Positions 18,923 to 32,740 of a DNA stretch of 64,000 bases are shown piece after piece. The stretch is taken from the NCBI GenBank assembly GCA_044226015.1, contig JBGAHS010000004.1, positions 480,001-544,000 on the forward strand. The letters run 5' to 3'. The translations under genes were made by a program, and so were the position numbers. The notes beneath the pieces were generated by a model that saw only the letters and a list, made by a program, of their open reading frames with translations, did not search any database and had not been told where the DNA came from. The first letter of the stretch is position 1, and the number at the start of each line of letters is the position of its first letter. The DNA is from Candidatus Obscuribacteraceae bacterium (GTDB taxonomy: Bacteria; Cyanobacteriota; Vampirovibrionia; Obscuribacterales; Obscuribacteraceae).

Positions 18923-20257
18923 ATGAAGAAGACTCTCGAGAGAGAAGGCAACAATGTCGTAAAGGTTGGTGTGGAAATCGAAGCCGAAAAAGCAATGAAG
19001 GCTTACGAAGTTGCATGTCGCCAGGTTAGCCACAAGCTGAATATTCCAGGCTTCCGTCGTGGAAAAGCTCCTCGCAAAGTTGTTGAAAACAGCGTAGGCG
19101 TCGATTATTTGAAGCGAGAAGCGCTTGAGAACTTGGTTCCGGAAGTTCTTGGTCAAGTAATCATGGATGAGAAGCTCGACATTATCACCGAGCCTCAACT
19201 CGAATCTTATGAATTCAATTTGGGTGAGCCACTTCGATTGAATGCCAGCTTCGAAGTTCGTCCGGAAGTAAAACTCGGTAACTATCGCGGTTTGCAAGTT
19301 GAAGTGCCAGAAGCTAAGCTTCCTGAAGACGCTCTAGACAGAGCGCTCAAGAGCCTCGCAGAAGCACGCTCGACATTGAAAACAGTTGACCCCCGTGCAG
19401 TCGCAATGGGCGACACATTGTTGATGGACTTTGAATGTTCTCACGATGGAAAGCTTGTTGATGGTGGCAAAGCAGAAGGTCTCCTTTTGGAAATGAAGGA
19501 AGGCAATTTCCTTCCAGGTTTCTGTGAGCAATTGGTTGGCAAAGAGCCAGACCAGGAATGCGAAGTCAAAGCTACCTTCCCAGAAACATACAGAAATGCT
19601 GAGTTGGCTGGAAAAGAAGCTGACTTCAAAGTGAATATCAAAGAAGTTCGCACAAGAGTTCTTCCAGAAATCGATGATGAGTTTGCTAAAGGTATGGGAC
19701 AAGAATCTCTCGATACGTTGAAGAGCGCTCTCAACGAAAGAATGGAAGCTGAAATCAAATCTGAAAATGAAGCTAGAAGCCAGAAGTCTGTCGTAGACAA
19801 AGTTGTTGAATGCGCTGAAGTTCAGATACCTGACTCAATGGTTACTCGTGAGTGCAACCTGTTGATTCAACAAATCAAACGCTCTTTAGAAGAGCGCGGG
19901 CAGAGCTGGGAAGCTTTCGTGAATTCGAAAGAGTATCCAGAAATCTACCTTGAGAAGAAGAACGAAGCTCAAACAAGAGTGCTTACCTCGCTCGTTCTCG
20001 GTGCCGTGGTTCGCGCCGAAAACATGACTGTAGCTGAAGAAGAAGCTGCTCCTTATCTGGCAGAACTAGTTTCACGCTACAACCTGCCTGTAGAAAGAAT
20101 TCGTCAAGACGAAAACATCAGACGCTTCTTTGAAGGTCTGAGTAGGCAAGCAATGGAAGAAGCCCTGACACGAAAGGTCGTGGATTTCCTTCTTGCTCAG
20201 TCAGAGATTAATTTTGTTCCTGAACCCGAAGAGAAGGAAGAAGCAAAGCCTGAATAG
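18923..20257 (+). CDS. tig: Trigger factor
   Basis: IPGFRRGKAP ribosome-binding signature, FKBP domain (FLPGFCEQLVG, TFPETY), upstream of clpP. Confidence 0.96.
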   Translation: MKKTLEREGNNVVKVGVEIEAEKAMKAYEVACRQVSHKLNIPGFRRGKAPRKVVENSVGVDYLKREALENLVPEVLGQVIMDEKLDIITEPQLESYEFNLGEPLRLNASFEVRPEVKLGNYRGLQVEVPEAKLPEDALDRALKSLAEARSTLKTVDPRAVAMGDTLLMDFECSHDGKLVDGGKAEGLLLEMKEGNFLPGFCEQLVGKEPDQECEVKATFPETYRNAELAGKEADFKVNIKEVRTRVLPEIDDEFAKGMGQESLDTLKSALNERMEAEIKSENEARSQKSVVDKVVECAEVQIPDSMVTRECNLLIQQIKRSLEERGQSWEAFVNSKEYPEIYLEKKNEAQTRVLTSLVLGAVVRAENMTVAEEEAAPYLAELVSRYNLPVERIRQDENIRRFFEGLSRQAMEEALTRKVVDFLLAQSEINFVPEPEEKEEAKPE

Positions 20258-20404
20258 GTTTGCGGTTCCGAAAAGTGATGCCAAGCGCGAATTACAAGCT
20301 TGTAGCAAGATGAGTTTCTTGACACAATTTCATTAGCAGGTGATTTGCCCATCACAGTCATTTATTCCAACTAGAGAAAAAAGAAGGATATAAAAGAAGC
20401 GAAA

Positions 20405-21079
20405 ATGAACAGCCTCAATCCCGATCAAATCAGACGCGACCTGTACACAATTACGAGTATCGCACCAAGCTACTACTACCCACCCACAGTAATCGAAACA
20501 ACTGCACGTGGTGAACGAGCATTCGATATTTTCTCCAGACTCCTTCGCGAGCGCATCATATTTTTGGGCACTCCGATTGATGACACTGTGGCAAATATGA
20601 TTGTTGCTCAGTTGCTATTGCTCGAAGGTGAAGATCCAGAAAAGGATATTCGTTTGTACATCAACTCGCCTGGTGGCTCGGTAACTGCAGGCATGGGTAT
20701 CTATGACACCATGCAATATATTCGTTCGGATGTCACGACAATCTGTCTCGGTCAAGCAGCTAGTATGGGAGCTTTCCTCCTTTCTGCTGGTGCTAAAGGC
20801 AAGCGTCTTGCACTTCCTCACTCAAGAGTTTTGATTCACCAACCGTTAGGTGGTGCTCAAGGACAAGCTACGGACATCGAAATTGCTGCACGCGAAATAC
20901 TGCGCATCAAGCGCGAACTCAACGAGTTGCTCGCCAAGCATACCGGTCAATCTGTTAAGCAAATTGAAAAAGATACGGACAGAGACAACATCATGACGGC
21001 TGAAGAGGCGAAAGCTTACGGGCTGGTTGATGAAGTTCTTGCTAGACTTGATAATACGCCGAATCTTTCCGCAGTGTAG
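20405..21079 (+). CDS. clpP: ATP-dependent Clp protease proteolytic subunit
   Basis: [28 protein letters not shown] (catalytic Ser), IHQP, DRD. Confidence 0.97.
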   Translation: MNSLNPDQIRRDLYTITSIAPSYYYPPTVIETTARGERAFDIFSRLLRERIIFLGTPIDDTVANMIVAQLLLLEGEDPEKDIRLYINSPGGSVTAGMGIYDTMQYIRSDVTTICLGQAASMGAFLLSAGAKGKRLALPHSRVLIHQPLGGAQGQATDIEIAAREILRIKRELNELLAKHTGQSVKQIEKDTDRDNIMTAEEAKAYGLVDEVLARLDNTPNLSAV

Positions 21080-21102
21080 CTAGATAGACAGGTACCAAAT
21101 TC

Positions 21103-22407
21103 ATGGCAAAGCAATCTGACAATAGGCTCAAGTGTTCATTTTGCGGTAAAAGCCAGGATCAGGTGAAAAAACTGATTGCCGGCCCGGGAGTGTATATCTG
21201 CGACGAGTGCGTAGATCTTTGTAATGAGATTCTCGATGAGGAACTCTTCGAAGGCGCAACGCCGCAACCCGCCCCTCAAGAGACGGGACTCCCTAAACTG
21301 CTCGACGTGCCTAAGCCCAAGGAGATTAAGAGTTTCCTCGATCAACACATCGTCGGGCAGCAGGCGGCTAAGAAAGTTCTTTCTGTAGCTGTCTACAACC
21401 ACTACAAGCGAATTAATCACAACGCAGAGCTTGCCGACCAAATCGAAATCCAAAAATCAAACATCATGTTGATTGGACCGACTGGTTCCGGAAAGACTCT
21501 GCTTGCGCAGACTTTAGCGAAATTCCTCGATGTACCGTTTGCTGTAGCAGATGCCACCACTTTGACCGAAGCTGGTTATGTGGGTGAAGATGTCGAAAAT
21601 ATTCTTTTGCGCCTATATCAGGCTGCAGATTTCGATATCAAGAAAGCAGAGCGCGGCATAATCTACATCGACGAAATCGACAAGATTTCTCGTAAGTCAG
21701 AGAACACCAGCATCACTCGCGACGTGAGTGGCGAAGGTGTACAGCAGGCACTGCTCAAGATGATTGAGGGAACGCTTGCAAACGTTCCTCCACAAGGTGG
21801 ACGTAAGCATCCTCATCAAGAATTCATCCAAATCAACACGCAGAATATCCTCTTCATTTGCGGCGGAGCATTCGTTGGTCTGGAGAAGCTCGTTGAGCAA
21901 CGCGTGTCGTCTGACAGAAGCATCGGGTTTGGTTCCGCTCAACCGCTGACAGCGTGGGAGCGAGAGCAACGCGCGAGCAAGATTCTTAAAGATGTAATTC
22001 CAGATGACTTGATGAAGTTCGGTATGATTCCTGAGTTCATCGGTCGCGTGCCAGTCACCGCAGTTCTCGATGCTCTTGATTTGAGTGCATTGGTCAGCAT
22101 TCTTGTTGAACCAAAAAATGCAGTCCTCAAGCAGTATGAGCAACTTCTGCAATTAGATGGCGTGACGATTAAGTTCGATCAGGATGCTATTGAGGCGATA
22201 GCCGAAGAGGCCCTGAAGCGCAAGACTGGTGCTAGAGCACTGCGCTCGATCGTTGAAGAAATAATGCTCGATGTAATGTATGAAGTTCCGTCTCGCGACG
22301 ACGTAAAGGTCTGCCACATCACGAAAGATCTTGTGCAGAAACGTTCTACTTCAGAATTGCTGCAGTTGCCTACGAAAGAAAGCAAACCTAAGGGCGAAAT
22401 AGCATAG
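21103..22407 (+). CDS. clpX: ATP-dependent Clp protease ATP-binding subunit
   Basis: CSFCGK...CDEC zinc finger, [19 protein letters not shown] loop, TGARALR. Confidence 0.97.
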   Translation: MAKQSDNRLKCSFCGKSQDQVKKLIAGPGVYICDECVDLCNEILDEELFEGATPQPAPQETGLPKLLDVPKPKEIKSFLDQHIVGQQAAKKVLSVAVYNHYKRINHNAELADQIEIQKSNIMLIGPTGSGKTLLAQTLAKFLDVPFAVADATTLTEAGYVGEDVENILLRLYQAADFDIKKAERGIIYIDEIDKISRKSENTSITRDVSGEGVQQALLKMIEGTLANVPPQGGRKHPHQEFIQINTQNILFICGGAFVGLEKLVEQRVSSDRSIGFGSAQPLTAWEREQRASKILKDVIPDDLMKFGMIPEFIGRVPVTAVLDALDLSALVSILVEPKNAVLKQYEQLLQLDGVTIKFDQDAIEAIAEEALKRKTGARALRSIVEEIMLDVMYEVPSRDDVKVCHITKDLVQKRSTSELLQLPTKESKPKGEIA

Positions 22408-22487
22408 AATTGATTGTTGAGGCGACTCGCCTTTAAGCGACCTGGTAACAATCACGTGAGGATTGGACCTAACGGTTCAATTAGATT

Positions 22488-24896
22488 ATGCCCGAAATCG
22501 ATACCACGCAACCGTTTCCTCTTATACCTTTGAGGGACGTTGTTGTGTTTCCACAGATGGTTCAGCCGCTATTCGTGAGCCGTCCCAAGTCTATTGCTGC
22601 GATGGAACAAGCGTTGCTGAGAGATGATCGACTCGTCGTATTGGCAGCTCAAAAAGATCCTGAGTGCGAAGACCCCGCCAATGATGACGTTTATCAAACC
22701 GGCACTCTAGCCGAAGTTATGCAAATGTTGAAGCTTCCAGATGGCACCGTGAAGGTGCTTGTGGAAGGTTCTTGCCGTGTCGTCATCAACGAAATGATGG
22801 ATGGCGAAACTTGCTTTACGGCGCAGGTAACGGAGCAAAAAGAAGTCGTTAACGAGACAGAGCAAACCAAAACTCTAGTTCGTGTGACGATTGAAAAGTT
22901 CAAACAATTTGTTGAGACTACAAAAAAGATCAATCCCGAGAGTCTTCATGCAGTCTCAGGCATGGGTCAGCCTGGTCGGCTCGCGGATATAATCGCGACC
23001 TATCTTGGACTTGAAGTGGCAGAGCGCCAGCGCTGTTTAGAAATACTAGACAGCACTGAGCGACTAGAGTATGTCGGCACTCTACTCAGTCGAGAATTGG
23101 AACTGGCTTATCTAGAGCAGCAGATACATGATCGTGTGCGCTTCAATCTTGAGAAGACGCAGCGTGAATATTATCTTCGCGAAAAAATGCGAATTATACA
23201 GGACGAGCTGAATTCTGAGAGTGACCAGGTTGGCGAGATAGCTGAATACCGTCAGAAGATTGCAAAGTGTGGAATTTCCGGCATTGCCTTAGAACGTGCG
23301 CAGAAAGAACTGCAGCGTCTCGAAAAAATGATGCCGCAAACTGCAGAGGCATCTGTCATTCGTACCTACCTTGATACACTGGTGAGCTTGCCATGGGACA
23401 AGCGTTCTCGCGACATAATCGATATTGAACATGCCGAGGACATTCTCCATGAAGATCACTACGGGCTGGAAAAAGTAAAAGAGCGAATTCTTGAATATCT
23501 TGCTGTCAGGAAGCTTACAAAAGAACCGCAGGGGACGATTCTTTGTTTGCTTGGTCCTCCAGGTGTGGGTAAGACCAGCCTTGTAAAATCTATTGCGCGC
23601 TCGATGAATAGAGAATTCGCTCGCATCAGTCTTGGTGGCGTGAGTGATGAAGCAGAGATTCGCGGACATCGAAGAACCTACATTGGTGCTATGCCCGGAA
23701 GAATTATTCAAGCATTGAAGCACGCAGGCACGTCAAATCCAGTCATTTTGTTGGACGAAATTGAGAAGATGACACGCAGTTATCAGGGCGACCCAACTGC
23801 GGCTATGCTTGAAGTTTTAGATCCCGACCAGAATGAGCACTTCACAGATCACTATGTCGATGCTCCGTTCAGCCTCAGAGAAGTTTTCTTTGTGGCAACT
23901 GCAAATACGCTTGGTGGCGTGCCTCGTCCTCTGTATGACCGCTTTGAAGTGATTCAAATTTCTGGCTACACCGAGGAAGAAAAAGTTGCCATCGCAGAGC
24001 AGCACATCATTCCTAAGACACTCACAAAGCACGGGCTTGCGAATAAGCATTTGAAATTCAACGCTGTTGTTTTGCGAAAAATTATTCAAGAATACACTCG
24101 CGAAGCCGGAGTACGAAACCTTGAGCGAGCCATCGCGACAGTGTGCCGCAAGGTCGCTGTACAGGTCGTCAAAAAGAAAAGTACTGTTGTGAAGATGACA
24201 CCACCATTGGTGTCAAAGTATTTAGGACCTGCGAAGATAACACGCGACAGTGAAAATCATGGTGCTCAGGTTGGAATAGTGACTGGGCTTGCCTGGACCG
24301 AAACTGGTGGGGAAACGCTTTCCGTTGAAGTCAACGTGATGCCAGGAAAAGGAAAGCTTGCCTTAACTGGTCAGCTTGGCGATGTTATGAAAGAGTCCGC
24401 TCAAGCTGCGTTCACTTATATCCGAAGTCATGCTGAGCAACTGAACATTGACCTCGGTTTTGGTGACAATCTGGACGTACATGTTCATATTCCTGAAGGT
24501 GCTATTCCGAAAGATGGACCTTCAGCTGGGGTCGCTTTAGCCCTGGCTCTGTATTCTGCGATTTCTCGTCGTCCTGTCAAACCAAGCATTGCTATGACTG
24601 GCGAAATCACTTTGCGTGGCAGGGTTCTTGCTATTGGAGGCTTGAAGGAAAAGGTTCTTGCGGCAGTTCGTGCCGGAATCAAGACAGTCCTTTTCCCCAG
24701 AGCTAATGAGAAAGACCTTCAAGACATTCCTGACTACGTTACTGGCCGGGTGAATCTGGTTCCTGTTTCTCATCTCGATGAAGTGTTTGCTCTGGCTTTC
24801 AAAGTTCAGAACCAGAGCAAAAACTCGAAGAGCCCGAAAGCGAGCACGAGAGAACGAAGCGGCAATCAAAAATCGGCCCTGGGTCGGATAAAGTAG
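22488..24896 (+). CDS. lon: Lon protease (LonA)
   Basis: PLIPLRDVVVFP N-domain, GPPGVGKTS Walker A, RRTYIGAMPG, PKDGPSAG catalytic Ser, IGGLKEK. Confidence 0.97.
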   Translation: MPEIDTTQPFPLIPLRDVVVFPQMVQPLFVSRPKSIAAMEQALLRDDRLVVLAAQKDPECEDPANDDVYQTGTLAEVMQMLKLPDGTVKVLVEGSCRVVINEMMDGETCFTAQVTEQKEVVNETEQTKTLVRVTIEKFKQFVETTKKINPESLHAVSGMGQPGRLADIIATYLGLEVAERQRCLEILDSTERLEYVGTLLSRELELAYLEQQIHDRVRFNLEKTQREYYLREKMRIIQDELNSESDQVGEIAEYRQKIAKCGISGIALERAQKELQRLEKMMPQTAEASVIRTYLDTLVSLPWDKRSRDIIDIEHAEDILHEDHYGLEKVKERILEYLAVRKLTKEPQGTILCLLGPPGVGKTSLVKSIARSMNREFARISLGGVSDEAEIRGHRRTYIGAMPGRIIQALKHAGTSNPVILLDEIEKMTRSYQGDPTAAMLEVLDPDQNEHFTDHYVDAPFSLREVFFVATANTLGGVPRPLYDRFEVIQISGYTEEEKVAIAEQHIIPKTLTKHGLANKHLKFNAVVLRKIIQEYTREAGVRNLERAIATVCRKVAVQVVKKKSTVVKMTPPLVSKYLGPAKITRDSENHGAQVGIVTGLAWTETGGETLSVEVNVMPGKGKLALTGQLGDVMKESAQAAFTYIRSHAEQLNIDLGFGDNLDVHVHIPEGAIPKDGPSAGVALALALYSAISRRPVKPSIAMTGEITLRGRVLAIGGLKEKVLAAVRAGIKTVLFPRANEKDLQDIPDYVTGRVNLVPVSHLDEVFALAFKVQNQSKNSKSPKASTRERSGNQKSALGRIK

Positions 24897-25016
24897 TGTT
24901 CTTGTCCGTCAGGTGGCGCTATTTATCTGTCGCTTGACATCGGGTGGGGCAAAAAGTTGTCCTTTTTTGTCCCAAGTTAAACGTCCGAAATGCCTCCCTG
25001 TGAATCTTTTCCGGAC

Positions 25017-25036
25017 TTATTGCAATCTTGCAATAA
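25017..25036. promoter_or_regulatory. Perfect inverted repeat, operator-like
   Basis: TTATTGCAA-TC-TTGCAATAA, ~85 nt upstream of the 25120 ATG. Confidence 0.5.
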
Positions 25037-25119
25037 TGATGAGATGAATTTTGTTTTTGGGGTGGCATAACACTCAATAGGCGCTGGGATATCTAGCTAG
25101 TTATGCTCGTGGAGAATTT

Positions 25120-26523
25120 ATGAATACCCCAAGTTCAGGGCCCGGTGAAAATCTGGATTCAGCTGCAAAATTGATGTTGGACGCTCTCTCCAAAGCGTCT
25201 TCCGAGCTGGAAAAAACTGTCAACATTTTGACAGAGCAACTAGTTAGTTTTAACCAGAATCTTGAAAAATCCTTCCAGGACGAACTGTTGGCGTCGCGCG
25301 AGAGAATGGAATCGGCTTTGCGAACCAACCTCGATGGCTTGATGCGCGACAAAGAAGCTGTGATGAAAACCATCGCTGAGTTCAAGCGCGCTGAGATTGA
25401 GAAAGTCATTTTGAGTGGCAAAACCGTTCGTTCAGGTCTTGCGGCGCAGGTTGAGGATGCAACCCGCGAACTTTCTTCTACTGTTGCAAGCAAGATTATC
25501 GGAATCAAAGAACATCTCAGCCAACCAGAAGCAGAAATCAAAAGCAAGCATGACGAACTCAACAAGGTATTGCTAACAGCAGTTTCTGAAGCGAAAGCCC
25601 AGCTTTTGAAAACAAAATATGGCGAAGAAGAAATGCTCAAAATGACAGAGAGCGATTTCGAGTCGAAGGTTCAGGTGCAGCTTGCAGCTGGTCAACAAGA
25701 ATTCGATTCACGATTCTCGCAAAACAGAGCTGAGTTGGCTTCTCACGGTGAGCAAGTTGTAAGTGAACTTGCTGCTAAGTATGATGAGGTGATCGGTCGC
25801 TTGGAGGCGTCCTATCAGGAAGGCATTAACGTCGTCACGAAAAGTAGTGAAGAAGCAAACAGCAAACTAAAAGGACTTGCTGATAATGGTGCTGAGTTTT
25901 TCACCCAGCAAGAGCAATCTTTTGCCGGAACATTGACCAATCTTAGTGAGTTGCTAAATGGGCTTTACGAAATGAGGTTGAATAATCTGGCAGCTCAGTC
26001 TCGAACAGAGATTATTTCTGCAGCACAGCACGCTGATGAATGCTTGATAGCAACCAAATCGGAGTTGCAGGTCTGCTTAAAGGAATTCCAGCGCGACTAT
26101 GTTGCTCAGTTTGAAGCTCTGCACACAAAATTCGAGAAGAGCCTCGATGAGTTTGCCAAAAGAAAAGACTCCGGTGCCATCAGAGGCTTGAAAGAAGAGC
26201 GTGTCAAAGAGCAACTTCATGCACTGTTTCGCAGGCTCGGTCAAGAAATGATCGACAGCTCAGCAGCAGCAGCTAATCGTCTTGAGTCAGAGTTCCAACG
26301 TTCAATGGATGCTTTTGAGCAGAGAATCGAAGCAGCTAAGACTCAGTCCTGTGAGTCGCTTGAACGAGAATGCAAGTTGATGCAAAAAGAATTGATTCGT
26401 ACCTTCCAGGAGTTTGAAAAACAGCTCGGTGACATGCAAGGTCAGGTTGCCCTCATTGAGAAACAGGGACGTGATGCAGCAAATATTGTTATGACGATCA
26501 GGCAAGCAAATCTTGAGTTTTAG
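25120..26523 (+). CDS. Hendecad coiled-coil (apolipoprotein-like) protein A, 467 aa
   Basis: GGAGA SD. All-helical composition with hydrophobic residues every 11 aa (LAAQVEDATRE/LSSTVASKIIG/IKEHLSQPEAE/...). No TM segment or signal peptide. Confidence 0.85.
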   Translation: MNTPSSGPGENLDSAAKLMLDALSKASSELEKTVNILTEQLVSFNQNLEKSFQDELLASRERMESALRTNLDGLMRDKEAVMKTIAEFKRAEIEKVILSGKTVRSGLAAQVEDATRELSSTVASKIIGIKEHLSQPEAEIKSKHDELNKVLLTAVSEAKAQLLKTKYGEEEMLKMTESDFESKVQVQLAAGQQEFDSRFSQNRAELASHGEQVVSELAAKYDEVIGRLEASYQEGINVVTKSSEEANSKLKGLADNGAEFFTQQEQSFAGTLTNLSELLNGLYEMRLNNLAAQSRTEIISAAQHADECLIATKSELQVCLKEFQRDYVAQFEALHTKFEKSLDEFAKRKDSGAIRGLKEERVKEQLHALFRRLGQEMIDSSAAAANRLESEFQRSMDAFEQRIEAAKTQSCESLERECKLMQKELIRTFQEFEKQLGDMQGQVALIEKQGRDAANIVMTIRQANLEF

Positions 26524-26541
26524 GCAGAGGTTGGTGAATAA

Positions 26542-29003
<2,462 letters not shown>

Positions 29004-29007
<4 letters not shown>

Positions 29008-32000
29008 CGTTTTCGTTATTTCAGGCACATCTGGCATTCCACTCAGTTTTTCCTTATCTAAAGCTGATGCCACCATACTGTGAGCAGTCACCTGAGGATT
29101 GGTCTAGTTCGGAAGCCGTCAACATCAAACCTGGTGATGTCATCTTTGTTCTCGACCCGATCTTTTCGCCATGGGGAAATAAAACTCAAGGAATAGGCGT
29201 TAGTGAGGGTGATAAATTTCGAGTCGCACAAGTTCTTTTGCCATTCAAACAAGATTCTGGCTTTCCGATGAGTATTGCTCTATCTGCAGACTCATATGAA
29301 ATGCAATTTGTTGAGACTATACTTTGTGTTAAAGCTGATGCTGCACGAATGGCTGGTCATGGCTTCTACTACTTGCACATTCGTCCGAAGAAAGAGCTGA
29401 GTGCGGCTCAAATTGGTCAAATCGCTGACCTCCACAAATATGGAAGTAGCGGAAGCCGCACGGCGACGCCAAGGCAATTGCCAGACCCAGCGTATGCGTT
29501 TTTTACTGCATTGGATATTGCTCTTGAGCCGACATTTGCGAAAAATCCTATGGATATCGAAATGCTTGCGTTCTATTTATATAGCGATTATGACTCGGCG
29601 CCAGCAGGGCGAGCTCCAAACATTAGCGATACATTTATTCCGGTGAAACGTACTGACGCGCCACCGCCTGCTCGTACTCCGGCAGCTAGTTCAACAACAA
29701 CAACCAAACCAAGCAATACAAGCAATTCCGCTGCAGATTACGGCAACCAGTCGTTGATGGCACTACTTTCTGATGATTGGGTGCCTGGCGGAAAGGTAGA
29801 GCAGAAGCCAGCTCCTATACCGGCAAGTTCTGGACCTCCCGCGACCAGTCCTCCGGCTGCGCCCGCGCCCCCCGCACCGAGTTCGAAACCGGCTGCCAGT
29901 TCACAAGATTCTGTAAAAGGAATGGCTGCTGAGATAGCGTCACTGGTCGATGGTTTGTCGATGAATAATGCCAGCGAACCTCAGTCCGAAAAATCAAGTA
30001 AGGTTCAGATGGCGCCTTCTCCTGGAATGAAGGTGGCACCGCCGCCGCCACCACCTGGGGTAAGCACTGCTCGCGCTTTACACCCACCAAATCATCCACT
30101 ACGTAAAAAAGGTGAGAAAGATAATGGAGAAAGTGGTGCAACACCTGCTCCAACTACTCCTCAACCAACTATACCTCAGGCATCGGTGCCTGGGGTGCCC
30201 GGCCCAATTCCTATGTATGGTGCCAAAGATGGTAGCGAAAAGAAACAGACAACGCAATCAGAAAAGAAAGTTACTCTTGAAGCATTGTTGAACAGCGGAG
30301 GAGCTTTGCCTGTAGAGGCGCCAAAAGAAGGTCCAAGTTTTATTTTTGGTGACTCCGCAGCGAAGTCTTCCGGACCGAGTGACCTTGCGAAGTCGGCTTT
30401 TCCTAGTTCGGCTGGGCCAGGTACTGATGCAAAAGATGATGATGCTAATCCTTTGGGGCTTGAGCTAAAACCTCTTGATTCGGCAAAATCAGAAGCTGAG
30501 CCTGAACTAGAGCCGACCCCAGTGGTCGCTGAACCGGAACCAGAGCCGACCCCAGTGGTCGCTGAGCCTGAACCAGAGCCGACCCCGGTGGTCGCTGAAC
30601 CGGAACCGACACCTGCACCTGAACCGACACCTGCACCTGAACCAGTAGCCTTAGTCGTTACTCCTGAGAAAAAAGAGGAACCTATTGCTGCCTCGATTGC
30701 TGCCTCGATTGCTACAGAGCCATCAGCAGTTTCAACTCCTCCATCGCCTTCCCCTGCTCCACGGTCAGCAGTTTCCTCAGCATCCGATATTTTTGGCTCG
30801 GCTGACAGTTCGAATCCATTTAACGATGAGCCATTGTTTGGAGCTCCAACTGCTTCTGCTCCAGTCGCACCGGCGGCTGCAGAGCCTGCACCAGCAGTGG
30901 AGCAAGCGCCTGCACCAGCAGCGGAGCAAGAGCCTGCACCAGCAGCGGAGCAAGAGCCTGCACCAGCAACGGAGCAAGCACCTGCACCAGCAGCGGAGCA
31001 AGCGCCTGCACCAGCACCAGAGCAAGCACCTGCACCGGCAGCAGAACCAGCGCCTGTAGCCGCAAGTTCCGCACCAAATATAGTGTCGTCTGTTGATTCA
31101 ATCGGTATATCACCGCCTTCGATGTCACAATCAGGTTCGTATCAGTCCGTTAAAGAGCCCACTCCAGCTGGAGTTTCTGGGTTGATTGCAAAGCTTGAAC
31201 AGCAAGCCCAGCGTGCGACAGTGCGTCTAGAGCAAAAGCTCGATGAACAGCAGCTGCGTATGCATAGCGATATGATGCAGAATGTCTCCAAATTGACTGC
31301 TAAAGAAAATCAAAGTCAAAACAATGTGCTTTCTCTTCGCACCGTTCTTTCGCGACGTCTCACCTCTGCTGGGGAAGACCTGAAAGAGCAACTCAAAGAT
31401 GTTTCCGAGAAGGGTTGCGAAACCATCAAGGATTCTTCCACTTCAACCTCTGCTAGCATCAATGAAATGGCGACTTCGCTCAGCGGAGAAGTGCTTCAGG
31501 CGTTTGATGATCTCGGCAGCAGCACAGTTGGTCTCGCCAGTTCTTATGGTGAGAAGGCTGAATCTGAGCAGCAAAATAGACTTGTAGAAGTCAGCGAGGT
31601 TTTGCATTCGTTGCAATCGAAGCTTGAGGGCATCAGTCGCCAACATTTCAAAGTTATTCAAGGGCATTACGACCTCGTAGAGCGTAGATTGCAACAACTT
31701 AACGAACACAGTGTTGCTGAGTTGAATGATAGCTCTCAACGACTCAAGTCTGAGCTGCTTCTTCATAAAGAAGATTGTGTGAACAGGTTGAATGCACTTT
31801 CAGATGAGCTGGCGGACACTATTCACGAAAGCCTTGCTCTATGTGGACTCAGTATTAATAGTCACGCAGAGTCGCTGGCCACAAGCGATTTTATTCCGAA
31901 GTTGATGTCCTTTAAGCAAGGACATAGTTCAAGTGCTCAACGATTGAGAGAGCAATATAAGGAAGAGGTAGAGAAGGCTGCGACTATTAAACTGGCTGAG

Positions 32001-32516
32001 CTGCGTCCTGTCCTGATGACCAATCGAGAGAAAATTGAATCGGTTGTGCAAAAGGCTAATGGCTTGAAGTCATCAGTCGAGGTTGGTCAGAAAGAAGTCT
32101 TCGAAGGTATGCTTGCCTCCTTGCACCAGTATGTCGAGGAGAAGTTAACCGAAGCTAGAGCCATCGCCGATGCGAGCATGGAAGAGTTAACACGTATTGA
32201 AAAGAATGTATTTGCTCTTTCTGACGCTGCCGGTATTGAGGCTGACCCTGAGTTAGCGGAAGCTAAGGTTCAAGTTCTATCAAAGCTGCAAGATATTGGC
32301 ACGCACCTACAAGAAAAGGTAAACGACTCTCTGCGCAGGCAGATTGCTGGGCTCGAAGATAAGAGCCGTATGCTGCAGGAAGAGTTGATATCTTCAATGG
32401 AGGGTGACGCCTACGGAGTTCGTAAGGCTGCAGAAGCGAACGTTCAGAAGATCAAGCAAACCATCGAAGCTACTTACGCCAAGATTGCTGCATTGCAAAA
32501 TCAGTATCTGCAGTAA
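29004..32516 (+). CDS. Protein C: N-terminal ~200-aa globular domain, Pro-rich disordered linker, C-terminal hendecad coiled coil, 1170 aa
   Basis: ATGA overlap with the upstream stop. C-terminal ~445 aa show 11-residue periodicity (LEQQAQRATVR/LEQKLDEQQLR/MHSDMMQNVSK...). Confidence 0.85.
30495..31055 (+). repeat. Coding tandem repeats: 33-nt (EPEPEPTPVVA) x3, 18-nt (PEPTPA) x2-3, 24-nt (PAPAAEQ[A/E]) x~7
   Basis: Directly visible in the DNA and the translation. Confidence 0.85.
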
Positions 32517-32540
32517 CTGCATACTCGGCTTATTTAAACC

Positions 32541-32582
32541 CTGATATTGGGCTGAATTTGGCCCAATATCAGTGCTCTTTTA
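32541..32582 (+). terminator. Probable intrinsic terminator after the coiled-coil operon
   Basis: CTGATATTGGGC-TGAATTTG-GCCCAATATCAG 12-bp stem followed by TGCTCTTTTA. Confidence 0.65.
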
Positions 32583-32740
32583 TGAGTTGGTTCTAAACAG
32601 TTAAGGCAGGAGCGGAAGAGATCCTTATATATATGGGTCTATTTCAAGTCTCACGCTAATATGGTTGTCTCATGGTAAACAGGTGTGAATCGCCGCTACC
32701 GTGAGCCTTCCGAGCGATGATTGACTGAGAGGAGATTGTC

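Noticed and set aside
20319..20350. TTGACA upstream of clpP (also one at ~24934)
   Set aside because: No acceptable -10 element at 16-18 nt spacing; no CIRCE or CtsR box recognised.
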